Shown piece after piece: positions 18,182 through 28,824 of a stretch of 64,000 nucleotides of DNA. The stretch's first letter is position 1, and the number at the start of each line of letters is the position of its first letter. Both the position numbers and the translations under genes were made by a program. A model generated the notes under the pieces. That model ran no database searches and was not told the DNA's origin. It worked only from the letters and a program-made list of their open reading frames with translations. The stretch is from Synechococcus sp. (GTDB lineage: Bacteria > Cyanobacteriota > Cyanobacteriia > Thermostichales > PCC-7336): NCBI GenBank assembly GCA_051439605.1, contig JBFRWN010000027.1:29260-93259 (forward strand). Direction: 5' to 3'.

Positions 18182-19606
18182 TCAGCTTGCGTTTTCCGAA
18201 CGAGCTAGCTGAGTTGCCACGAGTTGGGCGATTTTGTCTGCAGCGCCGGGCTCCTCCCGCCATTCCTGTAACCGCTCCTGAATTTGGTTGTACCGATGGC
18301 GATCGAGCAGAATATCCCGCACCTCATTCGCCACAGATTCTGGGGTGAGATACCCGCGTAATTCCGGCACAATTTGCTCCTGCGCCCAAATATTTGGCCA
18401 AGCGAAATACTGAATCAGTCGGAGTGCGCACCAGTTGACAATCCGAGCCACCAGCTGTCCGACCCCTGGAATACGGACCAACAGGCCGAGAAGTCCTCCC
18501 CAAGCCCGCATTGCGTCCAACTTATTGGTGGGCAGGAGGACCACCATGGGAACCCCCAACCTACCTAACTCGGCAGTGTTTGCTCCCACCGTGGTCAAGC
18601 AAATATCGCAGTTTGCCAGTAACTCGTAGGCCGGAAACTCTCGCCAGAGGGTGACAGTTGTGCCGTAGGGAGTGGTTAATTGCATCGTATTTCCCCCCTG
18701 CTCTAGCACAGCTGACGTACCGTAAACGCTGGCCATATCCCAATTTTTGCTGACAGTGGCGTAACTGCTGAGGTGTTCGAGGTCTAAGGTAGGGGCAACT
18801 GGGATGGCAAATCGAACAGAGGGGAGCGACTCGCGCAAACGGTCGGCCACCGCCAACATGAGTGGTAGACCCAGAGATAGTTTTGCTGCTTTGGAACCAG
18901 GCAGCAGTCCAATTTGAAAGCTCGTTCGATCGTGACTATCAATCGGTTGCCATTTCCATGGCAGTGAGGGGGGGAGTTCAGATAACTGGCTAGCCACTGC
19001 CTTCGGTTTGATGGGCTCTAGGTCGGTTTGAACTTCAGAGGCTGGAATCGTATTGGCTGGATCGGGATTGGCTGGCAGTTGAACCGATCGCGGTCGGAGC
19101 GCACAGCCGATCGCATCGGCCATTAAATCTCCGACGACGTACATTTTTGAATGCCAGCGCGGTGAGGCTTTGGTGACAATTTTCTCTGTTCGTAAGGCAA
19201 ACGTATCCACCCACCGTTGCCACCGAGCTTCCCATTCTGCGTAAACAACCACTCGATATCCGAGCTTATGACCCAAACGCACCGCAAAAAACTGATCGCC
19301 TCCCAGAAATAAGACCACTCCGAACGGTGCCCAATCCCAGCGTTCTTGAGTTTTGCCGGAAAGCAGAAAAGGCCAGAAATGCTCTGCCCTCTGGATTCGA
19401 TCGAGGCCGATATATTGACTGGCAAGTTCAGCTTCTTTCCCCGAAGCGTGGGAACAGGGGGAGAGAACCAAAGACAGCCTTGCGTGGGGCATATGGTGCC
19501 GCAACTGTTTCACCACGGGGCGAACCCAAGTGGTGACCTCTCCTGGACCGTTGGACAAAATCAGAATGTCGGCTAGGGACATATCCGAAACGCTATTTTC
19601 CTTCAT
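18182..19606 (-). CDS. Lipid-A-disaccharide synthase-related (LpxB-like) glycosyltransferase
   Basis: ILILSNGPGE, LLPGSK, AWPN...IVPEL. Confidence 0.8.
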   Translation of the reverse strand: MKENSVSDMSLADILILSNGPGEVTTWVRPVVKQLRHHMPHARLSLVLSPCSHASGKEAELASQYIGLDRIQRAEHFWPFLLSGKTQERWDWAPFGVVLFLGGDQFFAVRLGHKLGYRVVVYAEWEARWQRWVDTFALRTEKIVTKASPRWHSKMYVVGDLMADAIGCALRPRSVQLPANPDPANTIPASEVQTDLEPIKPKAVASQLSELPPSLPWKWQPIDSHDRTSFQIGLLPGSKAAKLSLGLPLMLAVADRLRESLPSVRFAIPVAPTLDLEHLSSYATVSKNWDMASVYGTSAVLEQGGNTMQLTTPYGTTVTLWREFPAYELLANCDICLTTVGANTAELGRLGVPMVVLLPTNKLDAMRAWGGLLGLLVRIPGVGQLVARIVNWCALRLIQYFAWPNIWAQEQIVPELRGYLTPESVANEVRDILLDRHRYNQIQERLQEWREEPGAADKIAQLVATQLARSENAS

Positions 19607-19661
19607 TCCGTATTTGCGTATCGGATCGTTAGGGGGCCGGCTGGATATGGATGCTTGTCGC

Positions 19662-20117
19662 TCATCGTTCCTTAACCAAAATCATTCCCATGCTGTCGGG
19701 ATCGACATCTTCATCAAATACGGTGTCTTCGCTGTACAACGCCCCTTCGGTCACGGCCCCATTCCAATTCACATCTAAAAGAACCGCGTTAATTAAATTA
19801 GCAGAGCGTAAATTGGCATAGCTGAGATTCGCCCCGACCAATTTGGCCCCCAGAAAATTGGTGTTTTGCAGGTTGGCTCCACCCAAATTGGCTAAGTGCA
19901 GCGCTGCTAGTGATAAATTTGCCTCGGACAGGTTCGCTTCCTCCAGCTGGGCCCCCATCAAAGTTTCCTTCACCAAAACAGCCCCCTGCAAATCACATTG
20001 GTGGCAATAACCACCAGACTGCAGCTTTTTGATGTCCTGATACTCTACGGCAGTTGCAGCAGACAGTCCGCACGATAGCAAGATTGCTGCTAACGTTACA
20101 CTGCGGCTCATTTTCAT
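19662..20117 (-). CDS. Pentapeptide repeat protein with signal peptide
   Basis: C..CDL followed by A(N/D)LxX repeats. Confidence 0.9.
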   Translation of the reverse strand: MKMSRSVTLAAILLSCGLSAATAVEYQDIKKLQSGGYCHQCDLQGAVLVKETLMGAQLEEANLSEANLSLAALHLANLGGANLQNTNFLGAKLVGANLSYANLRSANLINAVLLDVNWNGAVTEGALYSEDTVFDEDVDPDSMGMILVKER

Positions 20118-20382
20118 GGCAGCTCCTCACAATTTGAGCGTGGCCTTGATGGCTATTATTACCGCATTCACGATAGATAGGGAGCGACTCGGAGGTAGGG
20201 GCTTGACTGGCGAGGTTCAAGACTCACTTAATCAAGGGCTGTCGTTGCTTCAAATGAACCCCACCAGCGCACATTTGTCGTGCAGCCGTTTTAGAAGTCA
20301 GATCCGCAAAAAATGTTTGCTGCGAGGATGAGTCCACAACGCGATACCATGAGAAATGGACTGTTTTTGATGGGAGACGATC

Positions 20383-20682
20383 TTGACGGAGTTTGCGCTG
20401 AAGGCGGTATGGCTGGACGATAACTTGGCGATCGCTGTGGATCAAATTGTTGGACAAGGCCGTAGCCCTCTGACAAAGTACTATTTTTGGCCTCGCGATA
20501 ACGCGTGGGAATTGATTAAGACCGAACTAGAGAGCAAAAGTTGGATTACTGATGTTCAACGGGTTGAACTCCTCAACAAAGCGACTGAGGTGATCAACTA
20601 CTGGCAAGAAGATGGACGCAAAAAGCCAATGGACAAGGCGGCTGAGAAATTCCCCGAAGTCTTGTTTGCTGGCAATTCCTAA
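20383..20682 (+). CDS. ycf65: 30S ribosomal protein PSRP-3 (Ycf65)
   Basis: LKAVWL..N.AIAVDQ, SPLT.YYFWPR..AWE. TTG start. Confidence 0.92.
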   Translation: MTEFALKAVWLDDNLAIAVDQIVGQGRSPLTKYYFWPRDNAWELIKTELESKSWITDVQRVELLNKATEVINYWQEDGRKKPMDKAAEKFPEVLFAGNS

Positions 20683-21081
20683 GCTTCAGGCTTACTTTAC
20701 TTCGAGAGAGGAGACGTTCTGGACTCTCTCTCACTGACTGTTACGGCGAACGTTATTTCAACTGACTGAGGTCACTCGTGGGGCAGCACTTGCGGATCCT
20801 TAGTTTTGTCACTCTCTCGATCTATTTGAATGGGGCCGATCGCAGCTCTGGATGGGAGTCGGGTCAAGCGTTTTTGGCAGCTAGCATGCTGAGCTTGCTA
20901 TGTTGGCAAAAGATATCGGCAAGACCGTTGTTGGACCCCATGGAATTCTCAAGGAGTTTAGCTCGAGTGTTCGAATGCCATATCTGCCGGGTTGTTGGGG
21001 ACTGACAGCTATATTGATTCTCTGGCAGTGCATCCTCAATTTGGGATTTTTTCAAAGCTCTCAAAGGCACTGGCGAGTATT

Positions 21082-21930
21082 ATGTCTACACCGCCAATTC
21101 AATGGTATCCCGGTCACATTGCCAGGGCACAGCGGCAGCTGAAGCAGCAACTTCAGAAGGTCGATGTCATCTTGGAAGTGATCGATGCGCGCATACCCTT
21201 AGCTAGCCGCAATTCAGACCTACACCAATGGGCTAAGGATAAACCACGTGTCGTGGTGCTAAATAAGGCTGATTGTGTCGCCGACCGTCACCTGCAAGCG
21301 TGGCAATCTTGGTTCCTCGAGCAGGGAGATCGCATTTGGCCAACGAATGCACGAGCAGGAAAAGGGATTTCTGAACTTAAGCAGGCTGCTCAGCAGGCAG
21401 GCAATGCCACCAACGAGCGACGGCGCAAGCGAGGGATGAAACCACGTCCCATTCGTGCAGTGGTCATTGGGTTCCCCAATGTGGGTAAATCGGCCCTACT
21501 GAATCGATTAATGGGGCAAAGGGTGGTGGAAAGTGCCCGCAAGCCAGGTGTGACTCGCCAACTGCGTTGGGTACGACTGGGGAAAGAACTCGATATTTTA
21601 GATGCTCCTGGGATTCTACCCCCCAAGCTTGATGATGCCGATGCTGCAGTCAAGTTAGCCATCTGTGATGACATTGGTCAAGCCGGTTACGTCAAGGAGC
21701 ACGTAGCAGCCGCGTTTTTAGAGCTCGTGTCTCATAGCGATCGCCGCATACAGTCAGTCTTGTGCGATCGCTACGGCTTTGAAACGTTGGAGGCCCCTGG
21801 TAGCATTTTGGTGCGGCAACTTGCAGACCGCATCCATGCTGGCAATACTGAACGGGCTGCTCAGCAGATTCTGACAGATTTTCGGAAGGGCATATTGGGA
21901 GCCTTTGCTTTAGAATTCCCCCCTAATTAA
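21082..21930 (+). CDS. ylqF: Ribosome biogenesis GTPase YlqF/RbgA
   Basis: IQWYPGH, NKAD, GFPNVGKS, D.PG. Confidence 0.95.
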   Translation: MSTPPIQWYPGHIARAQRQLKQQLQKVDVILEVIDARIPLASRNSDLHQWAKDKPRVVVLNKADCVADRHLQAWQSWFLEQGDRIWPTNARAGKGISELKQAAQQAGNATNERRRKRGMKPRPIRAVVIGFPNVGKSALLNRLMGQRVVESARKPGVTRQLRWVRLGKELDILDAPGILPPKLDDADAAVKLAICDDIGQAGYVKEHVAAAFLELVSHSDRRIQSVLCDRYGFETLEAPGSILVRQLADRIHAGNTERAAQQILTDFRKGILGAFALEFPPN

Positions 21931-22321
21931 GAGCCGGGTGGAGGGGAGAGTGGATTGTTTCCTAGCGATTGCGCAGCTTGTGGAACCTGGCAAGTCGGTA
22001 AGATGAAACACATTGCTGCAATAGTTCGGCGGCTGCGCTGTTCCTAGCCCGAAACATCCAAGCTTTGACATAGCTTGGCCGGCGATCGCTAGTTAGACTA
22101 GGTGGGTAAATCAGGGTATTGGGCGAGGTACTAGACATTTCGACTGAATCTCCTGAAGTGAGAGCAACGATCGACCCCCATCTACATATGATTAGGTACC
22201 TCTCCGGTGGAGGTATGCAGTTGCAGTGGCTGCATCACCTGTAACAATGGTTCGAAAGTGCAAAGTCGACCATGCCTGACAATTCCACTGTCCTGGGATT
22301 CAATCTGGTTAGTCGTGCCAT

Positions 22322-22885
22322 TTGCCAATGGTGGCTAGCTCTTTACCAACTTGGGAGAACATTGTTGTGAACGCTCGTCCCCACCTCCGTTCCAGACACC
22401 CTAACAATCGACGGATCGCTCTTCGGGCAGTTCCCGCATTCGAGGAGGGTGGAGCGCAAAGTCGCTGCGGATCGCGCACCCCATCTCGTAGCTCGGAAGA
22501 TCGGCAGATTTCTTTGACGCAGCGGGAGCAGGTATTACTGCAGCAGCGTCAGCGATCCATTCAGATGCGTCAACAGCACCGCGTGAAGGCGCGTCGCCAG
22601 GTCCAGTTATGGGAGACAGGGGTTTCGGCTGTATTAGTGCTTGTGTGGGCTAGTGCAGCGATCGCAGGCATGGTGAAATTATTGCCGGTGCAGCATCAGA
22701 GACGTCAGAATCTAGCAATTCTTGCGCGAGAGATGGAACAGTTAGAGACCAGAGTGGCAAGGGCACGTCGGAAAGTGGAGTGGGGGCTAGATCCCATTCG
22801 ATCGGAAACCGCTATTCGGAAAAGTTTGGAATATATGCCCCAAAATCAGCTGAGGATAGTATTTTCAGATCAAGATATTCAGTAG
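22322..22885 (+). CDS. Hypothetical protein with TM helix and coiled coil (FtsB/FtsL-like architecture)
   Basis: Single hydrophobic helix followed by a heptad-rich segment. Start uncertain. Confidence 0.55.
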   Translation: MPMVASSLPTWENIVVNARPHLRSRHPNNRRIALRAVPAFEEGGAQSRCGSRTPSRSSEDRQISLTQREQVLLQQRQRSIQMRQQHRVKARRQVQLWETGVSAVLVLVWASAAIAGMVKLLPVQHQRRQNLAILAREMEQLETRVARARRKVEWGLDPIRSETAIRKSLEYMPQNQLRIVFSDQDIQ

Positions 22886-22956
22886 GAGACAAGACCTATA
22901 CCCTGGGGTTGTTATGAAGGCTGGCACGAGTAGGGATTGAACCAGAGCGAGCCAAT

Positions 22957-23937
22957 TTATTTCGTGGATCTGGAGGATATTGTCACTGTTTGGTTGCTTG
23001 CTGCAGCCTGTTCTGCAGCAAGAGCAACTTCAAGGGAATGCAAGCTGTCTTCGGGAGAAGTGTCGAGGGGGATCCCGTCCAATAGATGCTGGGTAACTGC
23101 CCGAGTGTCCCTGTAGAACAGGCCTCTACGGCTACCCACTTCTACAGTGTGGGTACCATCGGCGCGAATAACCACGTTCTGTTCTCCCCCCAATTGGATG
23201 GAGCCTTTACTGCCATGGACTTCGATGGTGCGCCGCGATCTCCACAACAACTCCCCTTTGGCGTAGGTTAAGTCAGCAACTATACCGCTAGTAAAAGAGA
23301 GCTGGGCGCTGCATAAGCAACTGGTGAAGGTCTCTGGCAGGCGATCTCCGCGGTAGCGCAGCTGACAGGAGATTCGATCCACAGTACCGAATAGATTGAC
23401 CAACCGATGGATGCGCGACACTGCACCAACGAGGGGGAAGCCAAACAAGGTCGGACTGTAGCTCCACCGGTCAGGAGCTGGCTGGGCGGCGGCAATGGTG
23501 GTGTACTGCACGTAGAAAATATGTCCTAACGCGGGGATCTCTGACTGTAGCGTTAGGTGGATGCCGCTTAACAGTTCCACGTGTTCCACATGGAGCAGCA
23601 GATCTTTCTGTTTGGCCAATGTCATTAATGCTTTGGCTTGAGAGAGATCGAACGAGATTGGATATTCCACCACTGCGTGCTTCCCTGCCTCCAGCACCTT
23701 TTGTGTCACAGCAGCGTGCTCGCAGTTGACTGTACTGACAAACACCAAGTCTACATCCGCATCAGACAGTAAGTCCTCCACCGACGGGAAAGCTTTGGCC
23801 CCAAAGTCACGGGCAAAATCCTGTGTTCGACTGGGAGTACGTCCTGTTATGCCAACCAGTTGGCAGCGTTCTTCCTGCGCGAGAGTTTCAGCCCGGAGGC
23901 GAGCCGCAAATCCCGTACCAACAATCCCAACTCGCAC
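22957..23937 (-). CDS. bvdR: Gfo/Idh/MocA oxidoreductase, probably biliverdin reductase
   Basis: VGIVGTG, GKHAVVEYP, LHVEHVELL, RIHRL. Confidence 0.8.
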   Translation of the reverse strand: MRVGIVGTGFAARLRAETLAQEERCQLVGITGRTPSRTQDFARDFGAKAFPSVEDLLSDADVDLVFVSTVNCEHAAVTQKVLEAGKHAVVEYPISFDLSQAKALMTLAKQKDLLLHVEHVELLSGIHLTLQSEIPALGHIFYVQYTTIAAAQPAPDRWSYSPTLFGFPLVGAVSRIHRLVNLFGTVDRISCQLRYRGDRLPETFTSCLCSAQLSFTSGIVADLTYAKGELLWRSRRTIEVHGSKGSIQLGGEQNVVIRADGTHTVEVGSRRGLFYRDTRAVTQHLLDGIPLDTSPEDSLHSLEVALAAEQAAASNQTVTISSRSTK

Positions 23938-24085
23938 AATCTATTTTTTTCGTGTGTCTAGCAACCGATATCAGCATCCCATAATTATTGGTAAGCAAAC
24001 CATGTACTGTCGAACTTTCAGGGTGAAAAAAACAGACTCCTGATTATCCTTTACGATGTGCCCGCTCAGTAGCAGCTCTTGGGCG

Positions 24086-25246
24086 TCAAGCAAGGGCCTG
24101 TTTAATCGCTCCCACTATGCGGGAGATTTCCTCTAGTTTGAGTTCTGGGTAAATGGGTAGGCTTAACACCTCTTGGCTGAGGCGATCGCTAACCTCCAGT
24201 GGGGCATATTGCCCTGCATACACCGGCAATCGGTCTTGGGGCACGGGATAGTACACCATGCTCGAGATGCCTTGCTGCTGCAGGGATTCTCTGACACAAT
24301 CACGTTTTCCATCCAAAATGCGCAGCGTGTACTGGTGGAAAACATGCCCCGCATAACTCTTGGGGGCGATCGCGCTATCCACAGCAGCTAGCCCATCCGA
24401 ATAGGTCTGGGCAATCCTGCGCCGTTGCTGATTCCAGCCATCCAGGTACTTTAATTTCACCCGCAAAATAGCCGCCTGAAGGCTATCGAGGCGAGAATTA
24501 TATCCTAGGACTTCGTTACAATAGCGCTTGGCGCTGCCGTGCACCCGCAATTTTCGCGCCATTGCAGCCACACCATCGTCGTTTGTAGAGATCAGACCAC
24601 CGTCACCGTAGGCTCCTAAATTTTTGGTGGGAAAAAATGAAAATGCCCCTACATCTCCAATGGAGCCAGTCAGTTTGCCCGTGATTTCCTGACGAATACG
24701 GTCTTGGCAGCGATGGTTGCAGCCACCACAGTCTCCTGAATATGGGGCTCCGAAAGACTGGGCGCAGTCTTCGATGACTTTGAGGCCGTAGATATGCGCA
24801 ATGTCTAGGATCTTCGCCATTGCCGCTGGATTGCCGTAAAGATGAACGGGCATGATGGCCTTGGTTTTGGGAGTAATCAGCGGCGCGATCTTGTCTGGAT
24901 CGAGGTTAAAGGTCTCGGGCTCAATATCGACAAAGATAGGCTTGGCCCCAATAATGCTGATGGACTCAGCGGTGGCGAAAAAACTAAAGGGGGTGGTGAT
25001 GACTTCATCACCGGGGCCAATGCCTAGCGATCGCAGGCCAATGATGAGAGCATCCGTACCGGAGTTGACTCCAATGGCATGTTTAACCCCCAAATACGCG
25101 GCGGCTTCCTGTTCGAATCGCTGTACCTCTGGCCCCAGTATGAACTGGCCGGACTCTAGCACGCTATTCACAGCCGCCTGAATCTCCGCCTTCAGAGTTT
25201 GGTACTGCTCGGTCAGATCCAGGATGGGAATATTTAAGTCGCTCAC
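24086..25246 (-). CDS. DegT/DnrJ/EryC1/StrS PLP aminotransferase
   Basis: NSGTDAL, IEDCAQ, SFFPTKNLGAYGDGG. Confidence 0.95.
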   Translation of the reverse strand: MSDLNIPILDLTEQYQTLKAEIQAAVNSVLESGQFILGPEVQRFEQEAAAYLGVKHAIGVNSGTDALIIGLRSLGIGPGDEVITTPFSFFATAESISIIGAKPIFVDIEPETFNLDPDKIAPLITPKTKAIMPVHLYGNPAAMAKILDIAHIYGLKVIEDCAQSFGAPYSGDCGGCNHRCQDRIRQEITGKLTGSIGDVGAFSFFPTKNLGAYGDGGLISTNDDGVAAMARKLRVHGSAKRYCNEVLGYNSRLDSLQAAILRVKLKYLDGWNQQRRRIAQTYSDGLAAVDSAIAPKSYAGHVFHQYTLRILDGKRDCVRESLQQQGISSMVYYPVPQDRLPVYAGQYAPLEVSDRLSQEVLSLPIYPELKLEEISRIVGAIKQALA

Positions 25247-25277
25247 TGTTCGCCCTCGTCGCCCTAGCCTAGAAGTT

Positions 25278-25310
25278 GATATCTAGAGATAGTCGATATC
25301 TAGAGATAGT
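25278..25310 (+). repeat. Tandem duplication, 2 x GATATCTAGAGATAGT (period 17)
   Basis: Exact copies at 25278-25293 and 25295-25310. Confidence 0.8.
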
Positions 25311-25468
25311 TAATACCAGACACCATCTCACAAGAAGGGGAACTGCAAGCGATTGATATCCAGAACTTGAGCTGCCTAGGGTTTAAGAAGTCAAAAAGTT
25401 GACATTTCTCGCTTGTGGATTCACCAGGCACGAGGGACATTAAGGGACGTTCCCCTCTCCCTACCTGT

Positions 25469-26050
25469 TTAGGCACTGGTGACCTCTTCCAGTTTGGCCA
25501 CAATCGCAATTTGGGCCATGTTGGGTTCGGGCTGGGTGAGTTCTACATCCACATCGCGGCCGAAGAAGGTCTTCATTTTCTTGTCGTAACTTTCCTCCCA
25601 CCGTTCAAACGGTAGGCGGGAGGTGTCGAATTTCAGAACCAGCGTGTAGCGTCCGTCCCGCAACTCTTCTCCATATCCCTTGATTCGAGGTAATTCGGCA
25701 TCGGTGCGACCCTTGAGCTTTAAAGCCTCCAGAGCGGTATCAAGATGAGCATCTGCGCCGTAGTTGTACTTGGTGATGTCCGTCACGATTTGCTGCTGAA
25801 TTTCGGTGGACTGTTCCTCCCGCGCCTTTTCAACCTCGGGGGTGACTTCGTACATAGGTGGAACAGGCTTTAACTCCACCACCTTCATAACCAATCCCCC
25901 CAGCAGCAACGGAATGCCAGCCGAGTAGCCAATTAAGTTAATGGTGGGGTTGTTGTATTCAATCAGCCCCCAAATCAAGACCAGGGCGCCACCAATCAGG
26001 GGCAGAGTGCTGAGAGTAACAGGCAAGCGAGAAAACATGGGCAGTAGCAA
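25469..26050 (-). CDS. DUF2854-family membrane protein
   Basis: Two N-terminal TMs, GIPLLLGGL..K..ELKPVP, D.TKY.YG..AHL, FFG. Confidence 0.8.
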   Translation of the reverse strand: MLLPMFSRLPVTLSTLPLIGGALVLIWGLIEYNNPTINLIGYSAGIPLLLGGLVMKVVELKPVPPMYEVTPEVEKAREEQSTEIQQQIVTDITKYNYGADAHLDTALEALKLKGRTDAELPRIKGYGEELRDGRYTLVLKFDTSRLPFERWEESYDKKMKTFFGRDVDVELTQPEPNMAQIAIVAKLEEVTSA

Positions 26051-26210
26051 CCTAGGGTTTGTAACGGGGAAGACCCCATTTGTTTCTTACAGCGACGGTC
26101 AAGTCACTGAGGCCATCTCAGATCTCCAGACCCTGACTTGGCATAGATCTTGTTGTCCCAACTCAGATAGCGATATCTACAATTGTAAAGGATTGTGAAT
26201 GGTTGCCCAT

Positions 26211-26238
26211 AAAAATCGCGGCAGGGTTGCTGCCGCGA
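26211..26238 (-). terminator. Intrinsic terminator (minus strand)
   Basis: TCGCGGCAG/CTGCCGCGA stem preceded by A5 on the plus strand. Confidence 0.75.
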
Positions 26239-26426
26239 AAGATGTCGGAATCAAACTTAAACCAGGGTCGAGCTAACTATCGCGTCTCGGTCGAGACATA
26301 GGTTGAAGGAACTTCAATTCCGGGATACTTAGCCCCTTAACAGCTTGAAAAGGGTAAACCAAAACAATAAAGGTCGAAAAAAGAAATTGAAAAAAATTGG
26401 CTGAAAAAATCGAGGTAGAAGCAGCC

Positions 26427-26720
26427 TTAGAGCCACTGACGGGAAGCAAACTTCTCAGAGGCAGCTTGAGCTTCTTGCAGCATCTCAAGACGACTGTTGT
26501 TCACCGCATCGGAGTTCATACCAGGAACGAGGTTGCGAGACTGGAGAGCCATATGCAACTGCATGTCAGCCACATAATCCAGCACGGTTCCAGATTGAGA
26601 CTCGGCTGCAGAGACGTAGGAGGAAGATGCTAACAATGTCAGACCCCTAAATGCTGAATTTATATTTCTTGCAACAGGAATCAAGCTACCATAAGCCCCA
26701 AGAATTTCTGAACTTTGCAA
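26427..26720 (-). CDS. Small conserved-looking cyanobacterial hypothetical protein; true start probably internal
   Basis: YVADMQLHMALQSRNLVP...EKFASRQ pattern. Confidence 0.55.
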   Translation of the reverse strand: MQSSEILGAYGSLIPVARNINSAFRGLTLLASSSYVSAAESQSGTVLDYVADMQLHMALQSRNLVPGMNSDAVNNSRLEMLQEAQAASEKFASRQWL

Positions 26721-26881
26721 ATGGATTGATACATTCCTTCAAGTAAGGCGCAATGCAATATCGTTCGAAGCGGTTGAGTCTGTTTCAATATCCTGTCAGG
26801 ATTGGCAGCTCGATAGTAGAACGATGTCTGCTTGGGGGAGCATGTGCTAGGTTGGGATGCTCAAAACTTCCCCCTAGACCC

Positions 26882-27430
26882 ATGTCGACTCCTCTGACCC
26901 CTACCCCCTTGGCAGAGCTGGCTTTTCTTCCGTTTATAGACGAGCAGGGCTTACTTCCCCAGCACCTCTCAGGCACGGTTGGAGTTTACGCCATCTTCGA
27001 TACAGAACAGCAGTTGCAATACATTGGCTATTCCCGCGATGTTTTTGCCAGTCTACGGTTGCATCTGGTGCGCCAACCTCATCAGTGTTACTGGCTAAAG
27101 GTGCAGGAGATCGCTCGCCCTAGCCGAACTGCGTTAGAGGGCATCCGCAGCGCTTGGGTGGAGGAGAATGGAGCGATCCCCCCAGGGAATGTGGAATCAT
27201 CCTCTGTTTGGGATTCGCCCATTGATGTCAAATTGCAGATGACCGAGGCCGAACGGACAGAAGTAGAGTCTCCTGAGTTGGACGAGCGATCGCGAATCAA
27301 GGCCCTAAAACAAGTGGCTCGGCGTGTGGAGGCTGAAATTTTGGCCGTCTTAGCAGAGCGGCAGGTGAAAGAATCGCTCCGCTTTCATCCCAAACTCAAG
27401 GAGCGTGGGTTGTTGGACCTGAAGGGATAG
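26882..27430 (+). CDS. GIY-YIG nuclease-family protein
   Basis: GVYAIFD...LQYIGYSRDV and GAIPPGN. Confidence 0.85.
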   Translation: MSTPLTPTPLAELAFLPFIDEQGLLPQHLSGTVGVYAIFDTEQQLQYIGYSRDVFASLRLHLVRQPHQCYWLKVQEIARPSRTALEGIRSAWVEENGAIPPGNVESSSVWDSPIDVKLQMTEAERTEVESPELDERSRIKALKQVARRVEAEILAVLAERQVKESLRFHPKLKERGLLDLKG

Positions 27431-27490
27431 CGTGGCCCAAAAACTATCCGGTTGTCAGCCAGAAACCGCTTAAAAGCAACAGAGATGATG

Positions 27491-27518
27491 AAAGCCCCCG
27501 AAAAAGAACGGGGGCTTT
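27491..27518. terminator. Bidirectional terminator between convergent genes
   Basis: AAAGCCCCCG...CGGGGGCTTT perfect inverted repeat. Confidence 0.8.
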
Positions 27519-27578
27519 ATTGTGAAGAATTGCTTTGTCAGCGATGCTTTTGAATGTGTCAGAAAAGTCAGAGTCAAC

Positions 27579-27839
27579 TCAGCTGAACAGGTTTTCTAGA
27601 CCCAGTTGAGCCGTGGCACCGAACAGACCTTTGGTGAGGACAATGCTAACCAAGAGAAAAACCGTCAATACAATCCAGGTAATGCGGTTCAGGTTTTTCT
27701 CGGCACTTTTGGTGCTAGAAAACAGCTGAGCTTGCCCCCCAATAGCGGCAATTCCGTCCCCTTTGGGGCTGTGCAAGAGCACCAGAATAATCAGCAGAAT
27801 TGCCGAAATCGTCCACAAGAATTCTAGAAAGGCAACCAT
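27579..27839 (-). CDS. secG: Preprotein translocase subunit SecG
   Basis: LVLLHSPKGDGIAAIGGQAQLFSSTKSAE. Confidence 0.95.
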   Translation of the reverse strand: MVAFLEFLWTISAILLIILVLLHSPKGDGIAAIGGQAQLFSSTKSAEKNLNRITWIVLTVFLLVSIVLTKGLFGATAQLGLENLFS

Positions 27840-27935
27840 AGGATTGAAACAGGAGACAACAGTAATTCGGTCTTAGAACTAGGGTAGCTTGCCTGTGGGC
27901 CAGGTCAAACGAGGATTGGGGAATACAAGGCAGAC

Positions 27936-28691
27936 TTACTCGACCGGCGTCGCGGTGCTTTCGTCGGAACTATTTGCAGGGGGGTCTGTAGGGCTGGCTG
28001 CAGGGGCAGGGGTAGCTGCGGCTTTTTCTTGACTGCGCTTAGCGGCTTCTGCTAAGTCCTTCATGACTGCAAGGGCCTGTTTCAACTTCTCGATGTTGGA
28101 GCTGTACAGATTGAGGTCTTTATCGACGCGCTCTTTGGGGAAGTTGAGGGTGTCGCTGATTTCAGAGAACAGCTTGGTTTTTCGCTCTTTGTCGGCATTC
28201 TCGGGGGCTACCATCTCGAAGGCGATGTATAAGCCCAGCAGGAACGTACGGCTGTAGTGGAAATCGGTGTTGTCGCGAATATTGCTCAGAATGCCTTTGA
28301 TGCCACCGATGTCTTCCGCCGACTCGTCCAGCTGCAGCACTTCAAGAGCGCGATCGCGATCGGCGCCAGTCAAGATCTCCGTCAATTTATCGGCATCTTG
28401 ACGAATGATTTCAGGCTTGAACTGTAGGGACTGACAGACCGCATTGAAGATGGCCTCAGACTGGTCAGCAGGGGTGTACCCTTGCATGAATTGCCCGTAG
28501 ACCTTGGCCATCCCCATCGCAAAGAAGGGATCGTAAGTGAACTTGCTGTTCACCGTCACCAAATGAAGTTCGGTCAGAAACTCTTCTACAAACCGGCGGT
28601 AGACCGAGTTGATGGGGCGCTGGTAAGCCTGCTGAAAAGCGGCTTTGGTGGAGGCTACGGTGCGGACTGGATTCACGAGCAGTTCGTTCAA
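27936..28691 (-). CDS. psb29: Photosystem II biogenesis protein Psb29/Thf1
   Basis: RTVASTK..F...Y.RPINSVYRRFVEE, FHYSR, DL.LY.SN.EK. Confidence 0.92.
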   Translation of the reverse strand: MNELLVNPVRTVASTKAAFQQAYQRPINSVYRRFVEEFLTELHLVTVNSKFTYDPFFAMGMAKVYGQFMQGYTPADQSEAIFNAVCQSLQFKPEIIRQDADKLTEILTGADRDRALEVLQLDESAEDIGGIKGILSNIRDNTDFHYSRTFLLGLYIAFEMVAPENADKERKTKLFSEISDTLNFPKERVDKDLNLYSSNIEKLKQALAVMKDLAEAAKRSQEKAAATPAPAASPTDPPANSSDESTATPVE

Positions 28692-28824
28692 ATGGGGGGA
28701 TAGATTTTAGTATTCTCGCTTGCCGAAGGTCAGTACAGCAAGGGTAGTGTCTGTCTACGATGATTTCTGCGTACTGTTCGAGATGAGCAAATTCGAGTCT
28801 AGCCAGTAGCTCTATGGCATGCCG

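Noticed and set aside
21931..22321. Possible ncRNA in the ylqF downstream gap
   Set aside because: Only short weak stems and no terminator or recognisable RNA family motif.
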